Shown here: in pieces, positions 1 to 8,504 of the stretch | Layout of the letters: every line of letters begins with the position of its first letter | Numbering within the stretch: position 1 is the stretch's first letter | NCBI GenBank assembly: GCA_003345595.1 | Contig: PRDI01000047.1 | Coordinates: forward strand, 1-17,926 | Origin: Candidatus Thorarchaeota archaeon | GTDB taxonomy: Archaea; Asgardarchaeota; Thorarchaeia; Thorarchaeales; Thorarchaeaceae | DNA length: 17,926 nucleotides | Direction: 5' to 3' | Program-made: the position numbers and the translations under genes | The notes under the pieces: generated by a model | Seen by the model: the letters and a program-made list of their open reading frames with translations, nothing else | Told to the model about the DNA's origin: nothing | Database searches by the model: none

Positions 1-36
1 ACCACCGATAAGCGAAGTGTTTTGGGGAGCCCCGCA

Positions 37-753
37 ATGCAGACGATAGACATGATCGTTCGAGAAACACATGTGGGTCTTTGGTACTTAGTCGTAGGGT
101 ACTACTTCTTCCTCTTCATCTTCCTGTTGTTCTTTCGTTGGCGCAAGACCCGAAACCCATTCCAGCTCGCCATGGCATTATTCTTCCTTCTGCTTGCGGT
201 GGGACGAGTGTTCTACTTCATAGCCGATTTCTATGCTGATCCCACGTCTCTCTATGGTGGGCTTCCTGCATTGGGAATAACGCCTTACTTCGCCGACGGA
301 ACATCGTTCCTCAAGGCAGGTGCGTTCTTTGAGTGGTCGGGACTTGCCATATTGTCTGCGACAGCCGGCTTCATGATATTCGGAAACCGTGTGGCGGAGA
401 TTGCATTTGCGATACCTGCATTGGGAATAGCCATTGTCTTGGGGCTGGTACCCCTAGACCCAGTGGTCAGGATCGGACTCTCAGGAGGAGCAGGGGCAAT
501 ATACGCTCTTTTCATACCTTTGCTGTTTTGGTATCTGGCATGGCAGTCGGGTGGTCTGTTGCGTAGATCGAACTTCCTGCTCGGCCTGGGATTCATGGTG
601 TTATTTGCAGGCCGGGTTGTATCCGCGGGACGGCACTATCTCGCAGATGCCGTATTTGGTTCCTACACGATACCGGGAATTCTTGCCCCAGGTCTGATAG
701 TGATCGGCCTGATACTCATCGCTGTCGGTAACGAGTGGGGTCAGGCTCAGTAG
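37..753 (+). CDS. Seven-transmembrane integral membrane protein of unknown function
   Basis: About 7 hydrophobic segments. ATG at 37 preferred over TTG at 22. No TM7 lysine, so not a rhodopsin. No soluble output domain. Confidence 0.8.
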   Translation: MQTIDMIVRETHVGLWYLVVGYYFFLFIFLLFFRWRKTRNPFQLAMALFFLLLAVGRVFYFIADFYADPTSLYGGLPALGITPYFADGTSFLKAGAFFEWSGLAILSATAGFMIFGNRVAEIAFAIPALGIAIVLGLVPLDPVVRIGLSGGAGAIYALFIPLLFWYLAWQSGGLLRRSNFLLGLGFMVLFAGRVVSAGRHYLADAVFGSYTIPGILAPGLIVIGLILIAVGNEWGQAQ

Positions 754-802
754 CGTCGACAGTCACTGTCCAGTACCCTGGACACCAGAGCCCGAGCTCT
801 AC

Positions 803-1444
803 TCAGTGACCTATCTCTTTCCACTCGAGCATCTTCATATCTTCGAGCGTCTGCGTTGCCTTCTGGACGTCCTTGAGTGGCTTGCCTAGCTGGTCTGCAA
901 TCGCCTTGGTCGTGAGCTTTCCTTTGCACATCTGTGCGACCTCAAAGGCATCTTGACTGAGCTGACCTAGCCTCACGAGTATAGGTGAAACCCTCCCCTT
1001 CAACACGGGCACAATGATTCTCTTCTCTGACGCGTGTCCGTCCTTGGTGATTTCATCCAGTCTCTTAACGAACTTCTCAAAGGGTTCAAGGTTGCCGTCC
1101 CAGTCCACCAAGACATCACGATAGGCCGCGACAAACTCGTGATTCACGTCAGAGAGTACAGCCATGGCAGCATTCGTGTCGTCAGTCTTGTCCACCGTGG
1201 CTGTTACAATCACATTGTCCTTCAGAGCCAAGCATATGTCAAACTGTCCGAAATCTATCGTGTGAACACGGTTGCCGTCGCTGAGTTCGCGTCCAAACTG
1301 AATGAGGGCGGTCAGAAAACCACTGATGAGGTTGGGGTCCATGTCCGCAGTACCATACTTCCTGTCGAGGACACAAAGACCGCTGTCAGCAATCAGGATG
1401 TAGACCGCTTGAAGCAACGTAGGTTTCTCCGCTTCTAGACTCAT
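803..1444 (-). CDS. Longin-domain protein with C-terminal winged helix (Asgard-type eukaryotic signature protein)
   Basis: N-terminal AVYILIADSGLCVLDRKY...DPNLISGFLTALIQFGREL...IDFGQFDICL fits the longin beta-beta-alpha-beta pattern. C-terminal EVAQMCKGKLTTKAIADQLGKPLKDVQKATQTLEDMKMLEW fits a wHTH. Confidence 0.8.
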   Translation of the reverse strand: MSLEAEKPTLLQAVYILIADSGLCVLDRKYGTADMDPNLISGFLTALIQFGRELSDGNRVHTIDFGQFDICLALKDNVIVTATVDKTDDTNAAMAVLSDVNHEFVAAYRDVLVDWDGNLEPFEKFVKRLDEITKDGHASEKRIIVPVLKGRVSPILVRLGQLSQDAFEVAQMCKGKLTTKAIADQLGKPLKDVQKATQTLEDMKMLEWKEIGH

Positions 1445-1464
1445 TCGCGGTTATTGTTTCTTGC

Positions 1465-1471
1465 TTTATAT
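1465..1471 (-). promoter_or_regulatory. Putative TATA box for the longin gene (probably leaderless transcript)
   Basis: Minus strand reads CGAGAAGTC-ATATAAA about 21-27 nt upstream of the ATG at 1444. Confidence 0.5.
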
Positions 1472-1567
1472 GACTTCTCGTGCCAAACCCGTCTATTCTG
1501 TGTTCTGCTCTCTGATGGTCGCTCCGCATTGCTCCTCATAGTCTTCTTTCTCTTTGAGCGACGAGGC

Positions 1568-1574
1568 TTTAAAT
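1568..1574 (+). promoter_or_regulatory. Putative TATA box for the tRNA-binding/MazG operon
   Basis: TTTAAAT about 32-38 nt upstream of the ATG at 1606. Confidence 0.45.
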
Positions 1575-1605
1575 CGACCTTGGCCTCTGGTTTCCGCAGT
1601 GAGCA

Positions 1606-2307
1606 ATGGTGGACACTGCAAAGGACTCTCGAGTGCTTGTTCTTGAGGACGCCCTACGTCGCCTTAACGAAATAGTCGACAACAGGAAGATGAGAGTGCA
1701 TCTTGACTACACGAGGATGAGTGAGATCCTCAAGGCCGCAGGAACTCTTCTGTATCAAGTGAAGTACTCGTACGTGGAGCCGAAGTCCTTAGCAGAGATG
1801 GATGCTACAAAGAGGCTCGTGTCTGCCGTTGCTGATGTTGCTAGTATACGCGAGACCGCAGTCAAGGCCAGCGCATATAGACCAAAGACCACAAAGGAGA
1901 TCGAAGTGACTGCCGAGTTCAGCTATGCGGTTCGAATCGTGCAGGGTTTTCCCCGAAGAATGCAGGAGTGCGGCGACGACCCAGCATATGCAGTCGACAT
2001 CTTAGCGCTTGAAATCACCGAACTGTGCCCTGTGGAAGGGTCCAAGAACCTGACCGAGTGCAGATGTACCGATGGGTCCCGTGTCTGGCATGTCGTGACC
2101 AACATCAGAGGTCTCAAACAGGGGGTGAAGCTGCCATGTGCAGTCCTCCCTCCAGTCGACATGATGGGCGTCGTCAGTGAAGCGATGTTCCTCGCAAGTG
2201 AGCCCCTTCAACCGTCGGTTAAACTGGGTACAATCACTTCATTGTCCACGTCGGCATTGGATCAAGCTAGGGCTCATGTACTTAATATCATAAAGAGGAT
2301 GGTCTGA
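1606..2307 (+). CDS. Archaeal tRNA-binding protein with helical N-domain and C-terminal EMAP/Trbp111 OB fold (COG2517-like)
   Basis: N-terminal DTAKDSRVLV and VKYSYVEP motifs. C-terminal AVDI...NLTECRCTDG...VVTNI...AVLPPVDMMGVVSEAMFL is the tRNA_bind signature. Confidence 0.85.
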   Translation: MVDTAKDSRVLVLEDALRRLNEIVDNRKMRVHLDYTRMSEILKAAGTLLYQVKYSYVEPKSLAEMDATKRLVSAVADVASIRETAVKASAYRPKTTKEIEVTAEFSYAVRIVQGFPRRMQECGDDPAYAVDILALEITELCPVEGSKNLTECRCTDGSRVWHVVTNIRGLKQGVKLPCAVLPPVDMMGVVSEAMFLASEPLQPSVKLGTITSLSTSALDQARAHVLNIIKRMV

Positions 2308-2646
2308 ATGGAACTGTCCGATCTTCAGGAAACCTTCGCCAAGTTCGAGCACGAACGAGGCTGGGACAAGTTTCCAGCCTCACAGGTCTTTGCCCACCTG
2401 ATCGAGGAGTTGGGCGAGGTTTCCCGACACATAACAGTTGAAGAGGGCTACAAGGCGGTGGGTCTTGGCCATGAAGCTCCCAAAAAGGAGGAATTAGCGC
2501 GCGAGTTCGCGCAGGTGACGTCACTCTTGTTTCAGCTGGCGAACCACTTCAAAATAGACATCGAGAAGTGTGTTCAGGCTGAGCTCGAAGTGATGAAGGA
2601 CAGGTTCCCTGCTAAGGAATGGGCCAGTTACATGGCTAAGCGCTAG
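2308..2646 (+). CDS. MazG-like nucleotide pyrophosphohydrolase
   Basis: HLIEELGEV...ELAREFAQV...LANHFKID matches the all-alpha NTP-PPase motifs; the usual EFAD Asp is Gln here. Starts directly after the upstream stop (TGA-ATG). Confidence 0.85.
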   Translation: MELSDLQETFAKFEHERGWDKFPASQVFAHLIEELGEVSRHITVEEGYKAVGLGHEAPKKEELAREFAQVTSLLFQLANHFKIDIEKCVQAELEVMKDRFPAKEWASYMAKR

Positions 2647-2891
2647 GAAACCCGTCTGATTGACTCCAATCCGAAGGTCACAACTATGCGGATGACATCT
2701 TCCAGCTCTCTCAGATTCTTGCTGACATAGTCATTGACTTGTTCCGCATCATGAGCCACCAGTATCAACAGAACATCAAACTCTCCAGTCGTCAGCCACG
2801 CTTCCGAAACAATCGAGTCATTGATGACCTTCTTGACAATGTCCTCGTCACTCCCTGGTGCGACCGACAAACTAACAAAGGCGGTGATCAT
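2643..2891 (-). CDS. Stand-alone Lrp/AsnC ligand-binding (RAM) domain protein
   Basis: MITAFVSLSVAPG...EAWLTTGEFDVLL...LRELEDVIRIVV. 82 aa with no HTH. Confidence 0.85.
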   Translation of the reverse strand: MITAFVSLSVAPGSDEDIVKKVINDSIVSEAWLTTGEFDVLLILVAHDAEQVNDYVSKNLRELEDVIRIVVTFGLESIRRVS

Positions 2892-3047
2892 TCCGGCAGA
2901 GCCTCCTCTGGCAACTTCGTTTTAGTTGCGGCCAGACGACTTTTCCATCTCTAATTAGGCAACGTATCATGCGTAGTATTTATGGAGTTTTCGAACGTGA
3001 CGTAGAACTCCAAAGAAACAGCCGTAGCTGGCTCTGCGACCGAGTCA

Positions 3048-3479
3048 CTACTTCCTCTTCTTGTGGGCCTCGAGAGCTTTCTTGGCCATGTCTTCAAGAT
3101 CCTTTGTCGCCGCAAGGAGTCCTAGTGCCTTGTTCTGGACAGCCTTAATGTTCTTCTCTTTTGCCCACTGCGCAAGTCCAGTGACGAGGGGGCCCAATGC
3201 TGTCTTTGCAGCCTCCACAGTTCCAACAGCTTTGCCGAGAAGTTCAATTCCCTGGTCCTTGTTCGTTCCTGCCTCAGCAACTCTGAGCCACACTAGACCG
3301 TGAATCATGTAAAGTGCATCAAGCATGAGCGTCGGGGACTTCGGATTCTCTTGCACCTTCTTAATGAGTCGCTCCTGTCGACTCTCGAATACCTCCTTGA
3401 AGTACTCGAAGGCTTTCTTGTCGTTGCCCCTGTCAAGCTCAATGATGCCTTTCTGTAGCTTCTCATCACTCTCAGACAT
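3048..3479 (-). CDS. Hypothetical all-helical protein with TPR-like N-terminal hairpin
   Basis: LQKGIIELDRGNDKKAFEYFKEV resembles a TPR. Amphipathic helices throughout. GGAGTG upstream of the ATG. Confidence 0.7.
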   Translation of the reverse strand: MSESDEKLQKGIIELDRGNDKKAFEYFKEVFESRQERLIKKVQENPKSPTLMLDALYMIHGLVWLRVAEAGTNKDQGIELLGKAVGTVEAAKTALGPLVTGLAQWAKEKNIKAVQNKALGLLAATKDLEDMAKKALEAHKKRK

Positions 3480-3668
3480 GCTGAAGCACTCCCTGACTGG
3501 GTTTGTTTACCGCGAGAAGACCTGATTGTGTTATTATGGGTTTCTACTCTTGATGAATTGAGCTGTAGTTTCCTTCGCTAGGGGCTCGGAACGTTTATCG
3601 GGGGGATTCCTGCCGCTCCTAGCCTACTGCGTTTACCGCCGAAGTCCAGATTGGAGGTTGTCGTAGGA

Positions 3669-5261
3669 TTGACCCGGTCTACCTTCACATTTCAGGAACT
3701 GAAGAGAACAAACCATCAAGAGATAAAGGAGATACAGGACAGAAAGTTCAGGGCCTTCATCAGGTATCAGGTCTGGCCCAATCACCCTTATTATCGCAAG
3801 CTCTTCAAGCAGATGAACATTGACCCATTCAACATAACGTGCATCGAAGACTGGGCGAAGTTCAAGATTCCTCTTGTGAAGAAGGCCGAATACAAGGACA
3901 ATCTCAGGTCCTTCGTACTGAACCCGTCTGAGGTAGATGGAGCAAGTCGACCGCCTGCAGAGATTGTCAGGACTCTGATGACATACTCAAAGGAGACCGG
4001 ACATGACGCCGACTACAGTTTTATCCGAAACAATGGCGTCAAGGTCAAGCTACATGTCGGGTCCAAGGGAGCTATGGACCGACTGAAAGAGCGAATGACT
4101 TACATGTACGCGCCGCTCCAGTTCTGGCTGAGTTCAGGTCGAGCATCAGGTCTTCCATCACCCGTCTTTCTCACGCGATATGATCATGACATGCTGTATC
4201 GGAACTGTGTGAAGGTCGGACAGATGGCAGTTGATCCCTGGGTGCCCAGCGGCTGGGAACTTGTAAGCATGAATCTGTTTCCTTACGCTCCTCACCTCGG
4301 CTGGCATGCGGTCAACCTTGGTCTGAGGCAGATGTCCAAGTTTTATGTAGCCACGAGTGCAGGCGGCGCAATCCCGACTGAGAAGCTTGTCGAACTGGCC
4401 AAAGTCTTCAAGGCCAATGGATTCGCTGGCATGCCAAGTTACTTGAGAAACCGCTTCTTCAAAGCCATGGCTGAGGCAAACTACACTGCGCCTGAGAAAG
4501 TAGTTGTTCTGCTCGCCGGTGAGAAGATCTATGACCGTGTTGTTGGAGACATTGTTCAAATACTAAGTGACAAAGGTGCAAAAGAGGTCCGCGTCATCGG
4601 GGGGTATGCGTCTTCCGAGAGCAAGATATCCTTCGCAGTACAGTGCGACTACAAAGGTCCCTATCACAATGTCAGCCCTCTGGAGATGTCATTCGACTTC
4701 GTGAAGCTCAACAAGGACGGTTCCTACGATTTCGTTGGCGAGAACGAACCTGGACACGTGACTCTCTTCCACTTGGACGGCACTGGCACTATCTTTGAAG
4801 GATTCCTGTTGGGTGATCTTGCATCGCGACATGAAAATGCGAAGTGTTCTATCTGTGGCATGGATGGACCCTTCTTCTGGGACATCGGCCGCGAGAATGA
4901 CGCTGAAGCACAGATTGCTGTAATGGGTCTGGCCGAGAAGAAGGTCAAGGGTGCGACCGTGAATCTGACAGCCCTGAGGACAGACATACTTAGCCTCAGA
5001 GACGTCGAGGAGGTTCAGGTTGAAGTCGCAAAGGAGGACATGAATGATCCGTACAGCATGGATGTACTGAACATGTATGTCGCCCCGCGTGGACCAGTAA
5101 CGGGCAACTATGACTCGTTAGTGTACGAGATCCAGAGGATCACGAAGAATGCTACTGAGATAACTCCGAGAGTCGTGATTACCGCTTTCGAGGATTTGAT
5201 GGAGAAAGCTGGCGGCCTGAAGTTCATGGAGATTGCGGATGTCCGTCCGAAGCCAGCATAG
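3669..5261 (+). CDS. Phenylacetate-CoA ligase (PaaK)-like adenylate-forming enzyme, divergent
   Basis: HPYYRKLF, IPLVKK, SSGRASGLP (P-loop-like), GMPSYL, LLAGEK, GYASSE, LLGD, CSICG, IGRE, KVKG. TTG start at 3669 follows GGAGG; the ORF is open from 3651. Confidence 0.75.
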   Translation: MTRSTFTFQELKRTNHQEIKEIQDRKFRAFIRYQVWPNHPYYRKLFKQMNIDPFNITCIEDWAKFKIPLVKKAEYKDNLRSFVLNPSEVDGASRPPAEIVRTLMTYSKETGHDADYSFIRNNGVKVKLHVGSKGAMDRLKERMTYMYAPLQFWLSSGRASGLPSPVFLTRYDHDMLYRNCVKVGQMAVDPWVPSGWELVSMNLFPYAPHLGWHAVNLGLRQMSKFYVATSAGGAIPTEKLVELAKVFKANGFAGMPSYLRNRFFKAMAEANYTAPEKVVVLLAGEKIYDRVVGDIVQILSDKGAKEVRVIGGYASSESKISFAVQCDYKGPYHNVSPLEMSFDFVKLNKDGSYDFVGENEPGHVTLFHLDGTGTIFEGFLLGDLASRHENAKCSICGMDGPFFWDIGRENDAEAQIAVMGLAEKKVKGATVNLTALRTDILSLRDVEEVQVEVAKEDMNDPYSMDVLNMYVAPRGPVTGNYDSLVYEIQRITKNATEITPRVVITAFEDLMEKAGGLKFMEIADVRPKPA

Positions 5262-5302
5262 AAACTGCAGAACCTATCTCATCGTGTTACACGACAGAGC
5301 AG

Positions 5303-5308
5303 TTATAA
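5303..5308 (+). promoter_or_regulatory. Putative TATA box for the 5345 membrane protein gene
   Basis: TTATAA about 37-42 nt upstream of the ATG, in a short intergenic gap. Confidence 0.4.
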
Positions 5309-5344
5309 GGCCCTCACAGTAAATGCCCAACCGGAGGCGCAACA

Positions 5345-6280
5345 ATGGAGGTAGACTCAGGTCAAGGTCCGGTTCCGTCCGGGCCCTCGGAACCCAACTT
5401 TGTCGTCGGTGCATTTGGTCTAGTTTCAAGAACATTCAGTCTGTGGGCGCGAAAGTTGCTCAGCTACACTGCGATTTCCGCATTGGCCGGTATAGGCTTT
5501 ATCGCAATACAGGTAGCTGTCTTTTGGGCCATCTTCGGCATCTCTGGGCTCGCGAACGTGGGAAACGTGAGCACTGATCCTTTCGGGGTCCTTACGGACT
5601 TCCTGCTGTACGGAAGCGCGGGTGCCAGTTTCGTAGTGACTCTGATACTGATGCTGATTGGCATGGTGATTTACGCAGTAGTAGGTGGTGCTGTGACAAA
5701 GCTGGCACTTGATAACTATGGATCTCCAAATGCGGGCTCTGCAGGTGCTAGTGTTGGTTTTGCAGTGCACCGAATGACAACTCTCATCGGTGCACAACTG
5801 ATACTAGGCTTAGTCCTGTCAGCCATAATGACTCCTGCCCTCATCATACTCGCGGTGATTCCATTGGATCCGTACAACCCTGCCTTTGCACAGTACGCAA
5901 TGACACTCTTGGTTGTTTTGCTTGTTAGCGTCATCGTATTGCTTTATGTATCGGTTCGAATCCGACCGTTTATTGGAGTGGTAATAGCAGAGGACTCCTC
6001 AGCCGTGGGATCAATCAGGAGGGCATTCAGTCTCACAAGTAGGTGTTTCTGGCATATCTTTGGGGGAACACTTCTGTTGGGAATCAGCACGGCGATTGTG
6101 GGGCTTGTGATTAGTATGATCCTAACTCCAGCGTTAATCTATTCCCCAATCTTGGGATTTGTCGTATTGGCGGCATTGTCAGCGACCGTGATCAATCCCC
6201 TAGACTATGTGTTTCAGGGAGTGCTCTACAAGGACCTATCATCAAGAACCTCCTCTCAGAAACAGCAGCAGTGGTGGTAG
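5345..6280 (+). CDS. Polytopic membrane protein (DUF975/YciC/GDPD-membrane-domain-like)
   Basis: About 6 TM segments. The pattern VVIAEDSSAVGSIRRAFSLTSRCFWHIFG...LYKDL is typical of this family. Confidence 0.75.
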   Translation: MEVDSGQGPVPSGPSEPNFVVGAFGLVSRTFSLWARKLLSYTAISALAGIGFIAIQVAVFWAIFGISGLANVGNVSTDPFGVLTDFLLYGSAGASFVVTLILMLIGMVIYAVVGGAVTKLALDNYGSPNAGSAGASVGFAVHRMTTLIGAQLILGLVLSAIMTPALIILAVIPLDPYNPAFAQYAMTLLVVLLVSVIVLLYVSVRIRPFIGVVIAEDSSAVGSIRRAFSLTSRCFWHIFGGTLLLGISTAIVGLVISMILTPALIYSPILGFVVLAALSATVINPLDYVFQGVLYKDLSSRTSSQKQQQWW

Positions 6281-6343
6281 TGCACGGAGTCCAGGCTTGC
6301 GGCCTGGACCGTGACAAGGTCAAATCCATTCGAAGTGTGTCTG

Positions 6344-6709
6344 TCACCTGAACCGGGCCTTTATGTCCGGTTGGAGCAGATAGATCACGATCACGATCGA
6401 GAGCAGAACACTTACCCAGCCAGAGCTTCCTAAGCTGACAATGAGCCCTAGAATGTTGAGTAGCACTGCCCATGTCCATGCCCAAGATCGAAGGTTCAAG
6501 AGACCTAGGCCGATATAGAAGCCTATGAGGCCTATGACTATCACGACGATACCGATTGCCGCCAGCAATGGGAAAATCGAACCCACAAGCAATCCTGCTG
6601 CGCCGCTCGCAAGTAGTACAATAGATTGCAGGAACTGCAAGATCGCTATCAGCGTGACCCCAAGAGGTCTTTCACCGCTCCGACTAGACTGGGTTCCTTC
6701 TCCAGCCAT
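6344..6709 (-). CDS. Small 4-TM membrane protein (RPLGVT...GLLNLRSWAW family)
   Basis: ERPLGVTLIAIL, GLLNLRSWAW and IYLLQPDIKARF. ATG at 6709 preferred over the GTG at 6769. Confidence 0.8.
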   Translation of the reverse strand: MAGEGTQSSRSGERPLGVTLIAILQFLQSIVLLASGAAGLLVGSIFPLLAAIGIVVIVIGLIGFYIGLGLLNLRSWAWTWAVLLNILGLIVSLGSSGWVSVLLSIVIVIYLLQPDIKARFR

Positions 6710-6860
6710 AGGTATCTCTGCCAACAGTTGTTCCTCCGAATAAAGGAATCCTAGTCCGGGCTTCCTCACATTCCTATTATGCCTATCGTGACTGTGCTCA
6801 GTCCCAAGATTCGATAGTGGTGACTCGGGTGAGGACTATCGAACATAGTCATGATAGTCC

Positions 6861-8228
6861 TCAAGCTTCCGGCTTGCTCTGTTTCCTGAGCTTGTGTTTC
6901 TTGACGAAATCGGTCAGGACATCGAGGAGGTCTGGTTTCCCTATCTCCTGAAGATCATACCTTACTCTGGTGCTTGGCTTGTTGATTTTCAGAAGACGCG
7001 TCAGGTCAATAGGCGTCCCCACAACAATGGCGTCCACGTCTGCTTTGTTAATGGTTTCTTCAAGTTCCTTCATCTGTGCCTTTCCATAGCCCATGGCAGG
7101 CAGTACTTCTCTGAGATGCTTGTACTTCTCGAACGTGGCTTGAATCGTGCCGACAGCGAATGGTCTGGGGTCAACAATCGTGGCACCACACTTGCGTGCG
7201 GCAATGTATGCCGCTCCGTATGGCATGCCACCATGTGTGACAGTTGGACCGTCCTCAATGGCGATGACTCTCTTACCCCGAATCACGGATACATCCCCCA
7301 CACTCAGAGGAGAGGCGGCATCAATAACGATTGCCTTAGGGTTCACTCTCTCTATGTTCGCCCTCACCTTCTCGACGTTTTCATAGTCTGCTGTGTCAAT
7401 CTTGTTTATGATGACAACGTCTGCCATTCTCAGGTTTGTTTCGCCGGGATAGTACGTGACTTCGTGACCTGCTCTATGTGGGTCGGTCACGACAATGAGT
7501 AAGTCGGGCTTGTAGAAGGAGAAGTCGTTGTTTCCACCGTCCCACGTGATGACGTCTGCCTCTTTCTGCGCCATGTCGAGGATCTTGCCGTAGTCGACGC
7601 CTGCGTAAAGAGTCACTCCCGCGCTAATCATCGGCTCATACTCTTCACGTTCCTCAATCGTGCAATTATAGCGGTCCATGTCAGCCAGCGTGGCATACCT
7701 CTGTGCTATCTGTGTTGTCAGATCCGGATCGTAAGGCATGGGGTGTCTGACGTTTACTGGCTTGAAACCCATCTGGACAAGCAGAGTGTTGATCTTCCTG
7801 GATGTCTGGCTCTTCCCGCATCCAGTCCTGACCGCACACACGGCAATAACCGGTTTGTTGCTCTTCAGCATCGTGGTCTTGGGACCCATGATTCTGAAGT
7901 CTGGACCAAGAGAGTTCACCCAAGCAATCTTGTGTCCGACTGTTTCGTAGGGCAGATCGGAGTAGGCTAAAACACACTGATGAACATCAAACTTCTGTAT
8001 GAGTTCTGGCAGCTTATGTTCGGGGTATATCTTGATACCCTTGGGATAGAGCTTCCCTGAGAGCTCTGGGGGATAGATTCTGTCCTCTATGCCGGGTATC
8101 TGCTCCGCAGTGAACGCCACAACCTCGTACTGTTCGTTGTCCCTGAAGAAGACGTTGAAGTTATGGAAATCACGGCCCGCTGCGCCCATGATGATTACCC
8201 TAGTCCTGCTCATTGATTTCGCCGCCAT
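6861..8228 (-). CDS. COG2403 P-loop ligase, arginine synthetase ArcE-like (often annotated as cyclic 2,3-diphosphoglycerate synthetase or GTPase)
   Basis: GAAGRDFHNFN N-terminus, AVRTGCGKSQTSR P-loop, RHPMPY, TIEEREEYEP, WDGGNND, INKID, EDGPTVTHGGM, LPAMGY. GGAGG SD upstream. Confidence 0.85.
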   Translation of the reverse strand: MAAKSMSRTRVIIMGAAGRDFHNFNVFFRDNEQYEVVAFTAEQIPGIEDRIYPPELSGKLYPKGIKIYPEHKLPELIQKFDVHQCVLAYSDLPYETVGHKIAWVNSLGPDFRIMGPKTTMLKSNKPVIAVCAVRTGCGKSQTSRKINTLLVQMGFKPVNVRHPMPYDPDLTTQIAQRYATLADMDRYNCTIEEREEYEPMISAGVTLYAGVDYGKILDMAQKEADVITWDGGNNDFSFYKPDLLIVVTDPHRAGHEVTYYPGETNLRMADVVIINKIDTADYENVEKVRANIERVNPKAIVIDAASPLSVGDVSVIRGKRVIAIEDGPTVTHGGMPYGAAYIAARKCGATIVDPRPFAVGTIQATFEKYKHLREVLPAMGYGKAQMKELEETINKADVDAIVVGTPIDLTRLLKINKPSTRVRYDLQEIGKPDLLDVLTDFVKKHKLRKQSKPEA

Positions 8229-8504
8229 TGCATGAACCTCCTGGTTGGTCGGCCGACGAGCCTTTGTCGTACGTAATAAGCTATTGGTGTTGTCAAGCTC
8301 TCTTCACTCGGAAGGACGAACTCGCTCTTGGATTTGAGTTGGGCTTGAGTCCGTCGAAAAATGAGACGCCAAAAAACCGAGCTATTGGTTTCTAGAACCT
8401 CCTTTCGCAAAATCGAAACATAATAACAACATCTAAATACGCCGGGTCGGTAACGGTTCCAGAGCTGCCTTGAGGAGACTATTCCGAACTGTCGGGGTGA
8501 AACA

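Noticed and set aside
37-753. Possible rhodopsin/heliorhodopsin
   Set aside because: No lysine in the seventh helix and no retinal-pocket motifs.
6384-6398. Short tandem repeat GATCACGATCACGAT
   Set aside because: It simply encodes Ile-Val-Ile-Val-Ile in a TM helix; not an array.
6894-7502. 202-aa plus-strand ORF, plus many other 60-155 aa alternative ORFs (e.g. 1034-1438, 4158-4559, 8433-8897, 9084-9551, 10659-11057, 17156-17509)
   Set aside because: They are antisense or off-frame shadows of well-supported genes and show no recognisable motifs.
8283-8388. Two ATTGG (reverse CCAAT) boxes next to E2F-like sites, as in eukaryotic cell-cycle promoters
   Set aside because: Five-base matches are expected by chance and there is no evidence for an NF-Y-like factor. 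Kept only as part of the 10-bp direct repeat.
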